Under the pieces are notes generated by a model, which ran no database searches, had not been told where the DNA came from, and was given only the letters and a program-made list of their open reading frames with translations. Position numbers and translations under genes: made by a program. A DNA stretch of 64,000 nucleotides from the NCBI GenBank assembly GCA_004431415.1, contig QPMI01000082.1:1-64000 (forward strand). Direction: 5' to 3'. This DNA is from Cyanophora paradoxa CCMP329 (Eukaryota > Plantae > Glaucophyta). This document shows positions 1 through 10,600 of the stretch, piece by piece (position 1 is the first letter of the stretch; each line of letters begins with the position of its first letter).

Positions 1-97
1 TGCGGATCGAATTCGATGAGCACCATGCGAAATTGATGACCCCCACATCCACGCCGAGGATCTTCATCCCAGGTCGCAAGAAATCTGAATGAAGGGG

Positions 98-313
98 ATG
101 GCAGAGGCCTGGGCGGAAAAAATTCATCGGATGGTGCATCGACATTACCGAGATGAGTTCTTCAGCTCAGACTACAGCCAAAGCGTTCCAGACATTCTGA
201 GCGATTTCGAAAGCTGCATTAGAGAGGGCTGCGCGCTGCTAGGTATCGACTACGAGGACCTGGAGCTAGGTATCGACTACGAGGACCTGGAGCACCTCGA
301 AAAATCTGAATGA
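98..313 (+). CDS. Small viral hypothetical protein with a duplicated LGIDYEDLE
   Basis: Open frame 89..313; upstream motif AAATCTGA at 81 favours ATG 98; 27-bp tandem duplication at ~239-292. Confidence 0.55.
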   Translation: MAEAWAEKIHRMVHRHYRDEFFSSDYSQSVPDILSDFESCIREGCALLGIDYEDLELGIDYEDLEHLEKSE

Positions 314-323
314 AGGGGGTAAA

Positions 324-1407
324 ATGGCCAAGGACCCAAGAAGCCGAAGAAGCCGAAGGCGGCCAAGCCCCAGCCCGCCCAGCCCGCAGGCGCAGCGCCC
401 GCGGCCCCCGCCCCCGCCGGCCAGGCCACCGGCACGGGCTCGGGCACGGCCCCCGCCGCCGGCGCCAGCTGCGCCATGGGCATGACAGAGGACGGCCAGC
501 AGCTCACGCCCGAGCAGGTCAACGCCTTCCTCGACAACTCGAAGACGGGAGGCATCGAGCGCATGGCCTGCCTGCCGAGCTCAAGTGGTTCGACGTGAAC
601 ACCGTCAAGTCCGACGCCACGGTCGTCTGCGTCGGCAAGCGGCGCACGGGCAAGTCCTTCTTCCTCCGCGATCTCATGTTCAACCTCTCCGGCACCTTCC
701 CGGGGGTATCGTGATCAGCCAGACCGATCGCCTGAACGGCTACTGGAAGCAGTACATCCCGCAGCGCTTCATCTGGCCCAAGTACAACCCGGGCGTGCTC
801 TTCCATTTATTCAGGAGGCAGCAGGCGATCATGCAGCACAACAAGTCCGAAGACGTGCTCGCGGGAAAGGAGATCCCGTCGACCCGCGATTTTTCGTGCT
901 GCTCGACGACGTGATTTCCGACGCTCGGCTGCGGTACGACGAGGCCCTCAACGAGCTCTTCGTGGCGGGGCGCCACTACAAAATCATGACCCTTATCACG
1001 ACGCAGTATGCCAAGGCATCAATCCCGTCCTGCGCTCCAATACTGATCTGGCTGTCATTTTCAAGTGCTCGCAGGCGATGCAGCGCGAGGCCCTCGCAAA
1101 GGAGTGGGGCGACATCATCTCCCAGCGCGCCTTCTACTACCTGCTCGATAAGTACACGCAGGATAACCACTGCCTTATCATCGATTCTTCCAACAACTCT
1201 ACGAACCCTCTGGACGTTTTGTACGTCTACAAGGCCGAGGAGCCGCCCCCCTTCCGCATCGGATCCAAGGAGTACTGGGAGGGCGAAAACCGTCAACGGA
1301 GAAAATCTCGTGGTCCGGACGGCACGGTGGACAAGACGCTCCTCGGCATGATAGATAATTTCAGGAAGCACCCGCCGCGCCTGATTTTTTCTGAGGTTCG
1401 TGCGTAG
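324..1407 (+). CDS. A32-like (FtsK/HerA superfamily) viral DNA packaging ATPase, frameshifted as assembled
   Basis: Joined frames give VVCVGKRRTGKS (Walker A), FVLLDDVISD (Walker B), ELFVAGRHYKIMTLITTQY, LRSNTD and YKAEEPPPFRIGSKEYW. Confidence 0.93.
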
Positions 1408-1408
1408 C

Positions 1409-1735
1409 ATGTCGCCAGCGCCCACATCGCCTCCGTCTTCCGCGTCGAGTCCATCGCTTACGACTGCCTCCTGGAGCGAGCCTCGACCCCTCCTCGCCTT
1501 TAACGACGGCGAGAGTCAGCAGCGCCCTGAGAGGATCTGCACGCGCTGGAATTAACTGGAGCGCCTGACCGCGGAGGCGGCGGACGAGCCGCCCGAGCGC
1601 TGGGCAGTGAGGACACCACTCGAGAGATGACAGACGAAAGGGAGACAGGTGATTTACGTGCGCGACCCGGACGATTTGCACCTCGGAATCGGGCTCGGAG
1701 GAGCAGAGGAGACCGAGACGAGACTCGACGCCTAG
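1409..1735 (+). CDS. Viral hypothetical protein, frameshifted; end approximate
   Basis: ATG 1409 preceded by the viral upstream motif; no recognisable family. Confidence 0.35.
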
Positions 1736-1767
1736 GCGCGCCTTAAAAATTCCGAGGCGCTAGGAAA

Positions 1768-2085
1768 ATGTCAAAGGTGCTCCTAGGCTCCCAGGCTATC
1801 GTGCAGTACGCCCTCGCTGGCATCCGCTCCTCATCGACGCCGCCTTCTCTCGCACGAAGGCGAAACAGGCGGGCCACGCAGCGAGCTCGCCGCGCAAGTC
1901 GCCGTCAACGGCCTCTCCCTCGGCCTGCTCTCGAAATACGTGCTCACCCTCAAGTTCTTCGACGACGACCCACCGGCGATTATGTTCTCCTCGGATCACA
2001 CACGGCAGACGAACATGCTAATCAAGGCTACCAGCGCCGCTTCGAATCAAGCAGGCGCTCGAGCGGAAGCCGCCGCGATCACTAA
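1768..2085 (+). CDS. Viral hypothetical protein, probably frameshifted
   Basis: AAAATG start with upstream AAAAATTCCGA; ORF 1768..2085. Confidence 0.45.
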   Translation: MSKVLLGSQAIVQYALAGIRSSSTPPSLARRRNRRATQRARRASRRQRPLPRPALEIRAHPQVLRRRPTGDYVLLGSHTADEHANQGYQRRFESSRRSSGSRRDH

Positions 2086-2868
2086 AGAGTAGTAAGAGTA
2101 GGAAAGAAATGCCAGTCGTTGTACTCGCAGATCCTGTCAAATCGAATCTAACTCCGAGAGTTTCTGCCTGCTCTTGAGCAAGGGAAAAAGGGAGTGCTGG
2201 CAAATCAGCAGCACGAAATCTGCTGAAAACGTAATGTATTGAGCATGTTCTTCCTGCCCTGCGACTTGAACATGCTGAAGGACCTCCACCAGGCAACATC
2301 TCCTGCACCGGTCATGTCCTCCGCGCTCATCGAGCGGCGCGCTCGCCGTGATGCGCCACTTGATCTGCGCCAGCGCTCATTACTTCTGCTGCTTCAGAGC
2401 CGGAAACTTGCGATATTGTCTTTGCTCCACTCCTTCCCGCCATGCGCCTCGCAATAGCTGCAGCACGTCCTCGGTACCGGAGAATCCTCCAGGCAGTGCT
2501 GCTTAAGTCGCTCGGAAACGTGTACTTGCGCAGTAGTTGCTGTGGAGCTCGCTGACAGCCAGGGTTGATGGTCCGGATAATAAAGATCCAGGACCAGACC
2601 GCAGCCTTGGCAAACCAGATCCCCATCCAGGTGAACACCAACGAGGGCGGTAGAGCTGCAATTTCCGCAGGGACAGCGCTTCGCCTTGGGCCTTGGTGCG
2701 CGTTGCGCTGCGGGGCGCTCTCCGGCCCAGGTAGGAGTTGGCGATGCGCGGCGCGGCGGGGTACGTGCCGGAGTGTCAAGTCTGGGTCCCCTCGTCGTGA
2801 AGGATGGCGCCGTAGCGCTGGATCTGCTCGAAGTTTCGAGAGGAGATCGATTTCGTTAGAGTCTGCAT
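2082..2868 (-). CDS. Viral late transcription factor 3 (VLTF3, poxvirus A2-like), frameshifted; start approximate
   Basis: Minus strand across frames: Zn ribbon CPCGNC...DLVCQGCGLVL, HxSERLKQ, GRKNMLN.YVF, FPLLKSRQKLSELDSI..ICEYNDWHFFPTL*. Confidence 0.88.
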
Positions 2869-3080
2869 TCCTCTGAGTCCTCGTACTGCAGCTGAGCTAT
2901 TCCCCTGCAGAACCAACAGTTGGCTTCTCAGAGGAGTGGTCCCACTTGCAGTGAGAACACTTGTTGCAGAAGCGTTGCTCAGTGATTCATGTGAGGCTCA
3001 GTGATGTCAGGTGAGGTGCGACGTACCCGGGCCCCACGTGAAGCTCACCCCAGCTCGAAAATTTTCTAGCCTTGTCTGAC

Positions 3081-3875
3081 ATGCTCAACCTCATCGCGAG
3101 GGCGTGCAGCAACAGGCAACCGCACCGAACCCTCACCTCCGCATGGACGCCTCCGGCCGCTCCGGTAGAGACGCACATCGTGGTGGGCAACATCAACGAC
3201 AAGTGCTGGCGCCCGACAAGACGTGTTCCAGAAGTGCTGGACGCGCGCCCGTGAGAACTGAACGGGAGATCGCCGCAGCGCGAGTCGAATTTCATGATCA
3301 CCATCCAGACCAACTACAAGCCGCGGAGCAGGGAGAGCTCCAAGGTGCAGACGCGTTCACAGGGGCTGGAGCCCTCTTCTACGACGACAGGCAGCTGGCC
3401 GTGCATAAAGATGGGTGTACCCCGACAAGGCGAACCCCAAGGCTTCGATTCAAGTCCACCAGTACGACACGCACGTGGAGAAGGCAACGCGAACATCGGC
3501 ATCGAGTACGGGCCGCGGTCGGGCGGCTCCACGCGCACATCCTGCTCACGCTGGTGCACTACTCGCGCGTGCAATTCGACGCAAGAAGCGTCGATTTCCT
3601 CATCAAGTTCATGCAAACGGAGGCAGGCGGCCTGCCGAATTTCTACAAGGACGACTGTTCGGGAGGAGTACCAGAAGACGGCGGTGCGGCCGATACGGAG
3701 AAAGGACCCCTCGGCATGCAGTGGACGGCAAGGAGACGGGCTACAGGAAGCGAGAAACCGCCAGGCAGATGCACGTAGACGTAAAATTGCTGCCGCAGAG
3801 CAACCTTAAGATCTGCTGCAGCTGTACATACGAAGACGTAGAGGCCTCGAGACGGCGCTGTAAAGCTCGTGTAAA
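3081..3875 (+). CDS. HUH-superfamily (rolling-circle Rep-like) endonuclease, frameshifted
   Basis: Motif I FMITIQTN (~3291), motif II GIEYGPRSGRLHAHILLTL (~3498-3553), motif III-like LLQLYIR(K) (~3815-3836). Confidence 0.78.
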
Positions 3876-3895
3876 TTTTTTCTCGTGTCCAATAA

Positions 3896-4830
3896 ATGCC
3901 TCGAAGCGCCGAGGCCGCAAGAAGACCAGAGAGCTCGAGCGAGTCAGAGGAAGAGGAGCCACGTCCCCGTCCTCCGAGTCGAGGAAGAAGAGAGAAGAGA
4001 AGAGGAGCCGAGCCTAAGCCGAAGGGCAAGGCAAGGGAAGGAAAGGGAAAGGCAAAGGAAACGCGCCCGATACCGCGTGGACGAGCTCGAGACGCCCGTC
4101 GTTGAGATTCCGAAGCGATACTGCTGTTCAGCGAGGACGCATATTCCAGCAGCAGAAGAGCATATCCGATTACATCAAGCTCTCGCACCAAAGAAGTTCA
4201 GATGCTCCATCGCTGCTCGATAAATCATACCACGAGCCCGACCTCTGGAGCATCCACAGCGAAATCGAGTACGATAAACTCCCGAGGAGCGACTGCGCGC
4301 CATACCGCGCACGTACCAGAGCGCGCAGAAATCGCCGCCAATCTGCTACCGCTGCCTTCGCCTCATGTACGAAGCACGCCCGTGCCGAGCGCCAAGGGCC
4401 AACACGCCAGAGAAAATCGCCGCGAGGAGCAGCGCAGGCGAGAAGATGCCGTGTACGAAGAGTACGTCCGGTCATAGAGAAGGCAAACGCGTGGGCGCCA
4501 AGCAAAACGCAAGGAAAGAAAAAGGGCCAGAGCCGTACCCCTCATCAAGGACAAGAAGCCGCGCAGTGCCCACGTGTCGCCAGAAACTCGTGCTCTGCCA
4601 GAAGTGCGTCACGCTGCTCGGCAACAAGGGCCTGCTCGTGATCTTGGCCTGCAGAGGCGAAAGAGGGCGACACGGCCACCGTCTCCAAGCAGACGCGCGA
4701 CCACATGGTCGAGAGCGTGCTCGGCGGGCCGAAGCCAAAGACCACGAAAAAGGCAAAGATACGGCCGCTGACTTCGATCGTCCGTCATCGAGCCCAACTC
4801 TGCGCAGTCGAAAATCAGAAAGGCGAAAAT
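3896..4830 (+). CDS. Viral hypothetical protein with charged N-terminus, frameshifted; end approximate
   Basis: Motif-preceded ATG 3896; protein-like segments in alternating frames. Confidence 0.5.
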
Positions 4831-4842
4831 CGTGCGCCGAGC

Positions 4843-5830
4843 ATGGAAGATTAATGGCAACCTTCGCGGACGCGCAAGAGGTAAAGCAGAACATAGAGAA
4901 GGCGAAAACGGACTGCAGGCGCGCAGGCAACGGCTGGAGCGCTCGAGAAGTGATCACGGAAATCAGCGAGACGGGCGGTCGTCTTCATCCTCAACAAAAA
5001 GAATCCCGACGGAAGCACGCGGTACGACATACGACAGGCGCGCCAGTCGCGCTACTGGTGCTCTTCAACACCCACAAGCGCCTGGGAGAGCGCGAGAATT
5101 CGAGCGCGCGCTGCGCGACAGCCTCGCAGAGTGCTCTCGGATGCAGAATTCTACAAGTTCATACGCTTCAATATGAAGGAAGAGAACGGCAAGTACAAGG
5201 ACGACACGTACGCCAACGCAATCATCGAATTCGCGTGCAAGGGCGTGAGGTGGGCCGACGACGGCGCGCTGCACGCCCACGTGCTGTGACGATCGATCAC
5301 ATATCGAATTTGCAGTGCTGTGGCGAATTACGACTGGTGGTGCTGCTGAAGGAGAAGAGCCGAGCACCACGACGTGTACGAGCGGCTGCACCAAATTCTG
5401 TCCGCGAAATTCACGGCGCGGGCAGCGCCTCGTAGACCAGAAGAGGCAGAGGCAGGCCTCAACCGAGCATCGATACGATGGTGAAATCGCAGAGCTCGAG
5501 CGCATGCTGACGGAAGAGAAGATAGGCATGGGGAAAGATCCGCCCACCGTCCTTGCGTCGCTGATCCCAGAGAAAATTACGCGAGCAAGCTGCAGGAGTA
5601 CCTCTCAAAGACGCTGCCCGACAAGCAGAGGCGCATTTACTGAAAGAGTGTCGCACGCGCGAAACACGAACAACACCGACAACAACACGGACGGTACTCT
5701 TCACGATTTCCAGCGGACGCCGCCAGGCGGACGATCCCCGCTTCGCGCCGCAGGCGCGGAAATCGCGACCTGAGGCCAGGGCCGAGGCGCGGCAAAGGCA
5801 AGGGCGCGAAGGGAAGGTAGCGGATAATAA
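4843..5830 (+). CDS. Viral hypothetical protein, possibly VLTF2-like; frameshifted, boundaries approximate
   Basis: Protein-like segments (YKDDTYANAIIEFACKG); possible YWC and FCS..C remnants that require indel repair. Confidence 0.35.
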
Positions 5831-5848
5831 ATCTGACGGCCCGCGAAA

Positions 5849-6049
5849 ATGTTCCAGGGAATGCACCCACTCGACATCATCACCGTCGTCTGCGCGCGCT
5901 CTTCCTGTCTCGGAGCTGCTGGCGGCACGAGCGCGTCGGCCCCAACACATGCTGGGCGCCCTGAAGGCGGCGCCCTTAGGGTCGTCCGCCGCGACAGCCC
6001 GAGCCCGAACCCCACCGAGCAGCAGAGCGCGAGAGCACGCAGAACATAG
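5849..6049 (+). CDS. Small viral protein with hydrophobic N-terminus
   Basis: AAATCTGA motif plus AAAATG start. Confidence 0.45.
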   Translation: MFQGMHPLDIITVVCARSSCLGAAGGTSASAPTHAGRPEGGALRVVRRDSPSPNPTEQQSARARRT

Positions 6050-6112
6050 GCCGCACCACGTCGACATTCAGATGACGCAAACCGGTACCCGTTTTTTCTA
6101 GAGAACATGGAA

Positions 6113-6454
6113 ATGGAGACTCCCGCGACACCAGCCCCCAGCGCAGAGGCTCCAGCGCCAGCAACTCCAGCAGCAGCACCGCGGCCTACCCTTGGCTTCT
6201 TAGGACTTACGCGCGAAAGAAGCAGCAGCAGCCGAAGCACCGGCGAAATGGCGGCTGACCTGGATCGGTGCACCGCCGCGCCATCGCGAGCTACGCCAAG
6301 CGCGTCGAGCAGTACCACCCCAGATGGCAGAGGACGCCGGGCGTACGCGAAGAACCCGCCGCGAGCCCGCCGTGATGGCCGCCGTCATCGACCGCTGCAG
6401 TGGGCGCTGCACGAGGAGGGAGAGCGCGTCAGGAATTTCTTCATGCCCAAGTAA
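6113..6454 (+). CDS. Viral hypothetical protein with Pro/Ala-rich N-terminus
   Basis: ORF 6107..6454; TTTTTCTA motif 16 nt before ATG 6113. Confidence 0.55.
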   Translation: METPATPAPSAEAPAPATPAAAPRPTLGFLGLTRERSSSSRSTGEMAADLDRCTAAPSRATPSASSSTTPDGRGRRAYAKNPPRARRDGRRHRPLQWALHEEGERVRNFFMPK

Positions 6455-6475
6455 ATTTCTGAATGGGCCTTAACA

Positions 6476-6658
6476 ATGTCGTCCATGCTCCGAGCCTCGA
6501 TGATATCACCAGCGATTCCCGCTACCTGGCAGCCTGCTGACCCTCGGCGCGGTCGCCTACATGTCGCCCGCCGCTACTACCTCGTGCGATCCTCGCCGCG
6601 CAGTTCGCGGGCTACTACTTCGTGGGCCCTACCTCCTCAACGGCCTGAGGAAGCATAA
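6476..6658 (+). CDS. Small viral protein
   Basis: AATTTCTGA motif 18 nt before ATG. Confidence 0.45.
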   Translation: MSSMLRASMISPAIPATWQPADPRRGRLHVARRYYLVRSSPRSSRATTSWALPPQRPEEA

Positions 6659-6679
6659 TTTCTCAGCCCCTCCTAAATA

Positions 6680-7121
6680 ATGTCCTGCGTCAACCTCTAC
6701 GTCCAGTCGAACGGAGAGACGCAGGATTCCGAGGCTTCTGGCGCCTCAGGCTGAACCAGATCCCGCCGACATCGACACGCTGCAGATCAAGGGCGTCTAC
6801 CTGAGCTGACACGACCGCGATTCCGGACCCCACCGCCGCGAAAACCGTCAACGTTCTGCTGATGGACGTGCCCGACTTGAACGTCACGACCATCTCGAAC
6901 GTCAACACGTGCATCAACAAGGTCGTGATCCCGACGTGGGCCACGACGGCCTCGAGAACACCATCCTCTACTGGTTCGAGTGCCCATGGCCGTGCGCCCG
7001 AACTACGTCGCGTACGACAAGTTCCAGGAGCTGCGCGTGCGCTTCACCGACATCACGGCGCCACCAAGAAGAACAACGCCTTCATCGTCAAGAACTTCGG
7101 CCTCTGGCCTTTGCGAAATAG
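6680..7121 (+). CDS. Probable minor capsid (penton, single jelly-roll) protein, frameshifted
   Basis: ~145 aa, beta-rich: MSCVNLYVQSN...LQIKGVYL...NVLLMDVPDL...FQELRVRFTDITG, resembling the penton C-terminal pattern. Confidence 0.55.
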
Positions 7122-7141
7122 ATTTTCGCAGGCCCCCTTAA

Positions 7142-7599
7142 ATGCGCCTGATCATATTCCGCGAAGGGCTCGGGCGTCAAGACGCGCACCTTTACGGCGT
7201 GCCTGGCTACCCTCGCCCCTCACTTACAGAGTCGATCTTGTAACCGCCTCTGGTCCAATTAAATACGGGCTGCTGCACAGCCTCAGTCACATCCGTCTCG
7301 GCGAGAGCGCATGCAGGACTTGGCCTTAATCGTAGAATCGATACAGGGGTAGACACGCTAACGGCGAGCACGTTTACAGGTACGGTAGCAAGGAGGGTAC
7401 TCGCTGCCGAACGGCACGGGCGGAATACTGGGAGCCGAAAATACGCGACGCCTCCGAGGCCTACCGCTGCTGCGTGACGAGCAGATCACTATCAGCCCGA
7501 TTACCCCTACGCCGACGTTTCTGGCAGTGCCCGTGGCCGTTGGACAACGGCGAGGTGAGCGGCAAGCTGAAGTGGACGTGGACGCGGAGCATTAGTTAA
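7142..7599 (+). CDS. Viral hypothetical protein, frameshifted
   Basis: Motif-preceded TAAATG start; fills the gap to the next motif. Confidence 0.4.
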
Positions 7600-7620
7600 T
7601 TTTTCTCTCTCGCGGATAAA

Positions 7621-10600
7621 ATGTCGATGCTCGACGACCCTGGCGCATGGCCATCCCGAATCCGGACGAGGTGCTGAACGCGCCTTCGCGATAGACGGGA
7701 GCCTGAGCGTGAGGGAATTTACGCGACGAGATAAGGCTGCGCAAGGCGCGACCTACAGCGATTCCTGACGTCCGTCGTACCTTGGACGATTACGTGACCT
7801 CACCGCAATTATCAAGGGCTCTGGGCGTCACGACCGAGACGGGCGTGACTGAACATTATTAGAGGCGGCCGACGTGAAATCGCAAACTCCGTACAGCGAA
7901 AGACGCCACCCTGAACCTCGTGAAACTGACTCTAAAGGGCGCAGAGGGGACGTGAGGCCCGGTACAACGCACTCGAGCGCATCGCGGGCCCCTGCGCCAC
8001 ATCTACTGGAGCCGCCAGCGCTGCCGAGCATGGAGCCCGAGCAGTACAGCGCGACAGGAGAGTTTTTCGCGTGGTTCGACCACTTCAAGTGAACATCCGC
8101 GCCCTGAGCGCCGACAGACGGGCGAGACGCCGGAGACGACGGGCGGGGCCGCATCCCAACGGCACCCGACGTGCTCCCGATCGCTCAGACTGGGCGAAGA
8201 CGCAGAACTGGCGCTGAAGGACCACTTCCACGACGAGAGGTACGCCCTCGTCAAGCACCGCATGTGAAGCCGACATCACGACTGGCGCACCGCCACTGTA
8301 CGACGACATCATCGCGGCCCAAGTGCCGGCGCGATTCCGGTGGGGTACGGCGCGGAAGCACGGGAGGTGGGTACAGGCACGGGTGGGGTACAGGCACCGG
8401 GGTGGGTACAGGCACGGGGCGGAGGGGCTCCAGTGCACGCCCGTGGAGGGGCGGGTAGCAGCGGCTCGGTGGCGCGGCTCGGCGGAGAGAGCGCGGAGGG
8501 GTACGCTCGTGCCGATCCTTGTACAACAACGGAATCTTCGGCGGCCCTGATTGCAGCGGTGCAAAGTACTACAGGATCGAAGGCGTACGAAAGGGACATT
8601 GCAGAGCTGCAGAAAGATAACAAAACGATCGTTTACTCAGACGAGCAGGTGAGAATACTGCAGAGGAGCTGAAGACAAGGGAGCGGCAATTTAACGAAAT
8701 GAGACAGCGGCCGAGAAAAAGATAGCGACGATTTGAAAGAGGCGAGCGATAGAATTGAGAAATCCCTGGAGGCCGAGGAGAAAGCCGAGATCCGGAAGAG
8801 AGAGGCCGATAGGATCGTGGAAAACGCGATAAGGAGGCAAAGGAGCAGGCAAGACCGAGCTGGAGAAACTGGACATGGAAATAGCAAACAAGTCAACATA
8901 GCAAACGAGGTCGAAGAGGCACAAAGATGCTGGACGATGAGCGAAAGCAGCGGAGAGCAAGCCAGAAAAGCAAAGGAGATTTAAGCAGCTCGAACTGCGA
9001 GAACAGGAGAGCAGAAGGCAGAGGGCTCGCATCCACCATACGATTCAACCTAGAGCAGCAAGTGAAAACGCTGACGCCGAGCTGCAGAGATAGGACGCTG
9101 TGCCAAGGGCACAATGGAGACGCAGACGACGCCAAGCCCGATCCAAGGCCGCCGCCGAGAGCTGCCCTTCGCGCGCTGGGTAGGAGCGACCAGGTGAAGA
9201 GCTCATTGCCTCACGCTCGAGGATCAGAGGCCCTCTTCGACGCGTTAGAGCAGCGGCGCAGGCGGACGAGGAGGCAGCTGCAAGACAGAAGAGGAACGAC
9301 TGAAGGCAATGCAAACTGCATCAGACGAGAATTTGCACGGCTGGAGAGCCGAAGGTAGCGGAGCGTAAGCGACGACTGGAGACGTTCAGGGGGCGCAGAT
9401 GGATTTTACCGCTCGGAGCTCAAAAGACTGAAAGAAGAAATGCATCGGGGACAGGCTCCGCGCCATGGAAGAGAACATGCGCGACTTTAGCTACGTTATG
9501 GATCAGCTGACGGAAGGGTCAGAAAGACGCCGAAGAACTGAGGAGAAAGATGCCGATGAGAAGTGGAAAAACTTTGAGCGTCAGGCTGTTCAGAGCCATC
9601 AGCGATGCCATCTGGATAGCATACGCGACGTGGAGGAGATGCACAGAGAACTGCGACGGAAGCGAGCCTGTGGCGGGAGCCCTCGAATGGTCACTGTACC
9701 GGATACAAAAGGGGAGTTTTGGCAGAGCTGCGAGCCAATCCGAAAACGGTGAGCGCGGCGCACAGACGCGTACCTCTCCATGGTCGATTACGTGGCAAGC
9801 TGAGCAAATTTGGAAATGCGAAGAGCCATCATTCCAGCGAGGGCTCGCGCAGTACGATGCCATGGTGCGCGATCTGGAGGCCTTCAAACGTGAGCACCAC
9901 CCGCCAAATACAAGATTCACATAGATACGACGGCATTCATGGCGATCTAAGAAGAGAGAGACGAGGCAAGAGTCAGATCGAGGAGCGCTACAGAAAGCCC
10001 AAGCGGACAAGGAGTACGCAAACAGGGTGATCGAAGAGCGAAGCAGCAAGCCAAGGAGAACGCGCGAGACGCAACGCCGAGATAGAAGAGCAGAGCGGAA
10101 GATCGCAGAGCGCAAGGCGGCAGAGAAGAGGCAAGAAAGACCAAGGTAGAGACAGAGTACCAAGCATTGAAACGGAGGCCAATCAACTGTTAAAAGGAGG
10201 GAAGGCCTACGCGACGAGGGCGGGCGTGGCTCGGCCAGCCCGGACACATCACCCTCGCGGAAAGGACGACGTTTCCGTAGAGGAAATGCGCCCGGCACGG
10301 CTCGCCTGCCCTCCGAGGGCGTATTCAGACGCTCGACAGGCGCGTGATGGGCGACTCGGACGTTATTCTGCGCAACGCCCTCATGCCCTACGGCGACTGA
10401 ACCGCGCCACCGCCGACGCCCTTGCTGATTTCGACCTCGAGCGATTCACCACCAAAGAGCAGCGCGACGCCTTCCTGGGCGCCCGAGGGCCAGGCGGCCC
10501 GGGTGCCAAGGAGCCTTCAGCGCAGAGACCCTCTTCTCCGCGATGGTACGGCGAACAACGACGGCATGTCTTTCGGGGCAGCCGATTTATTCAGGGGCGG

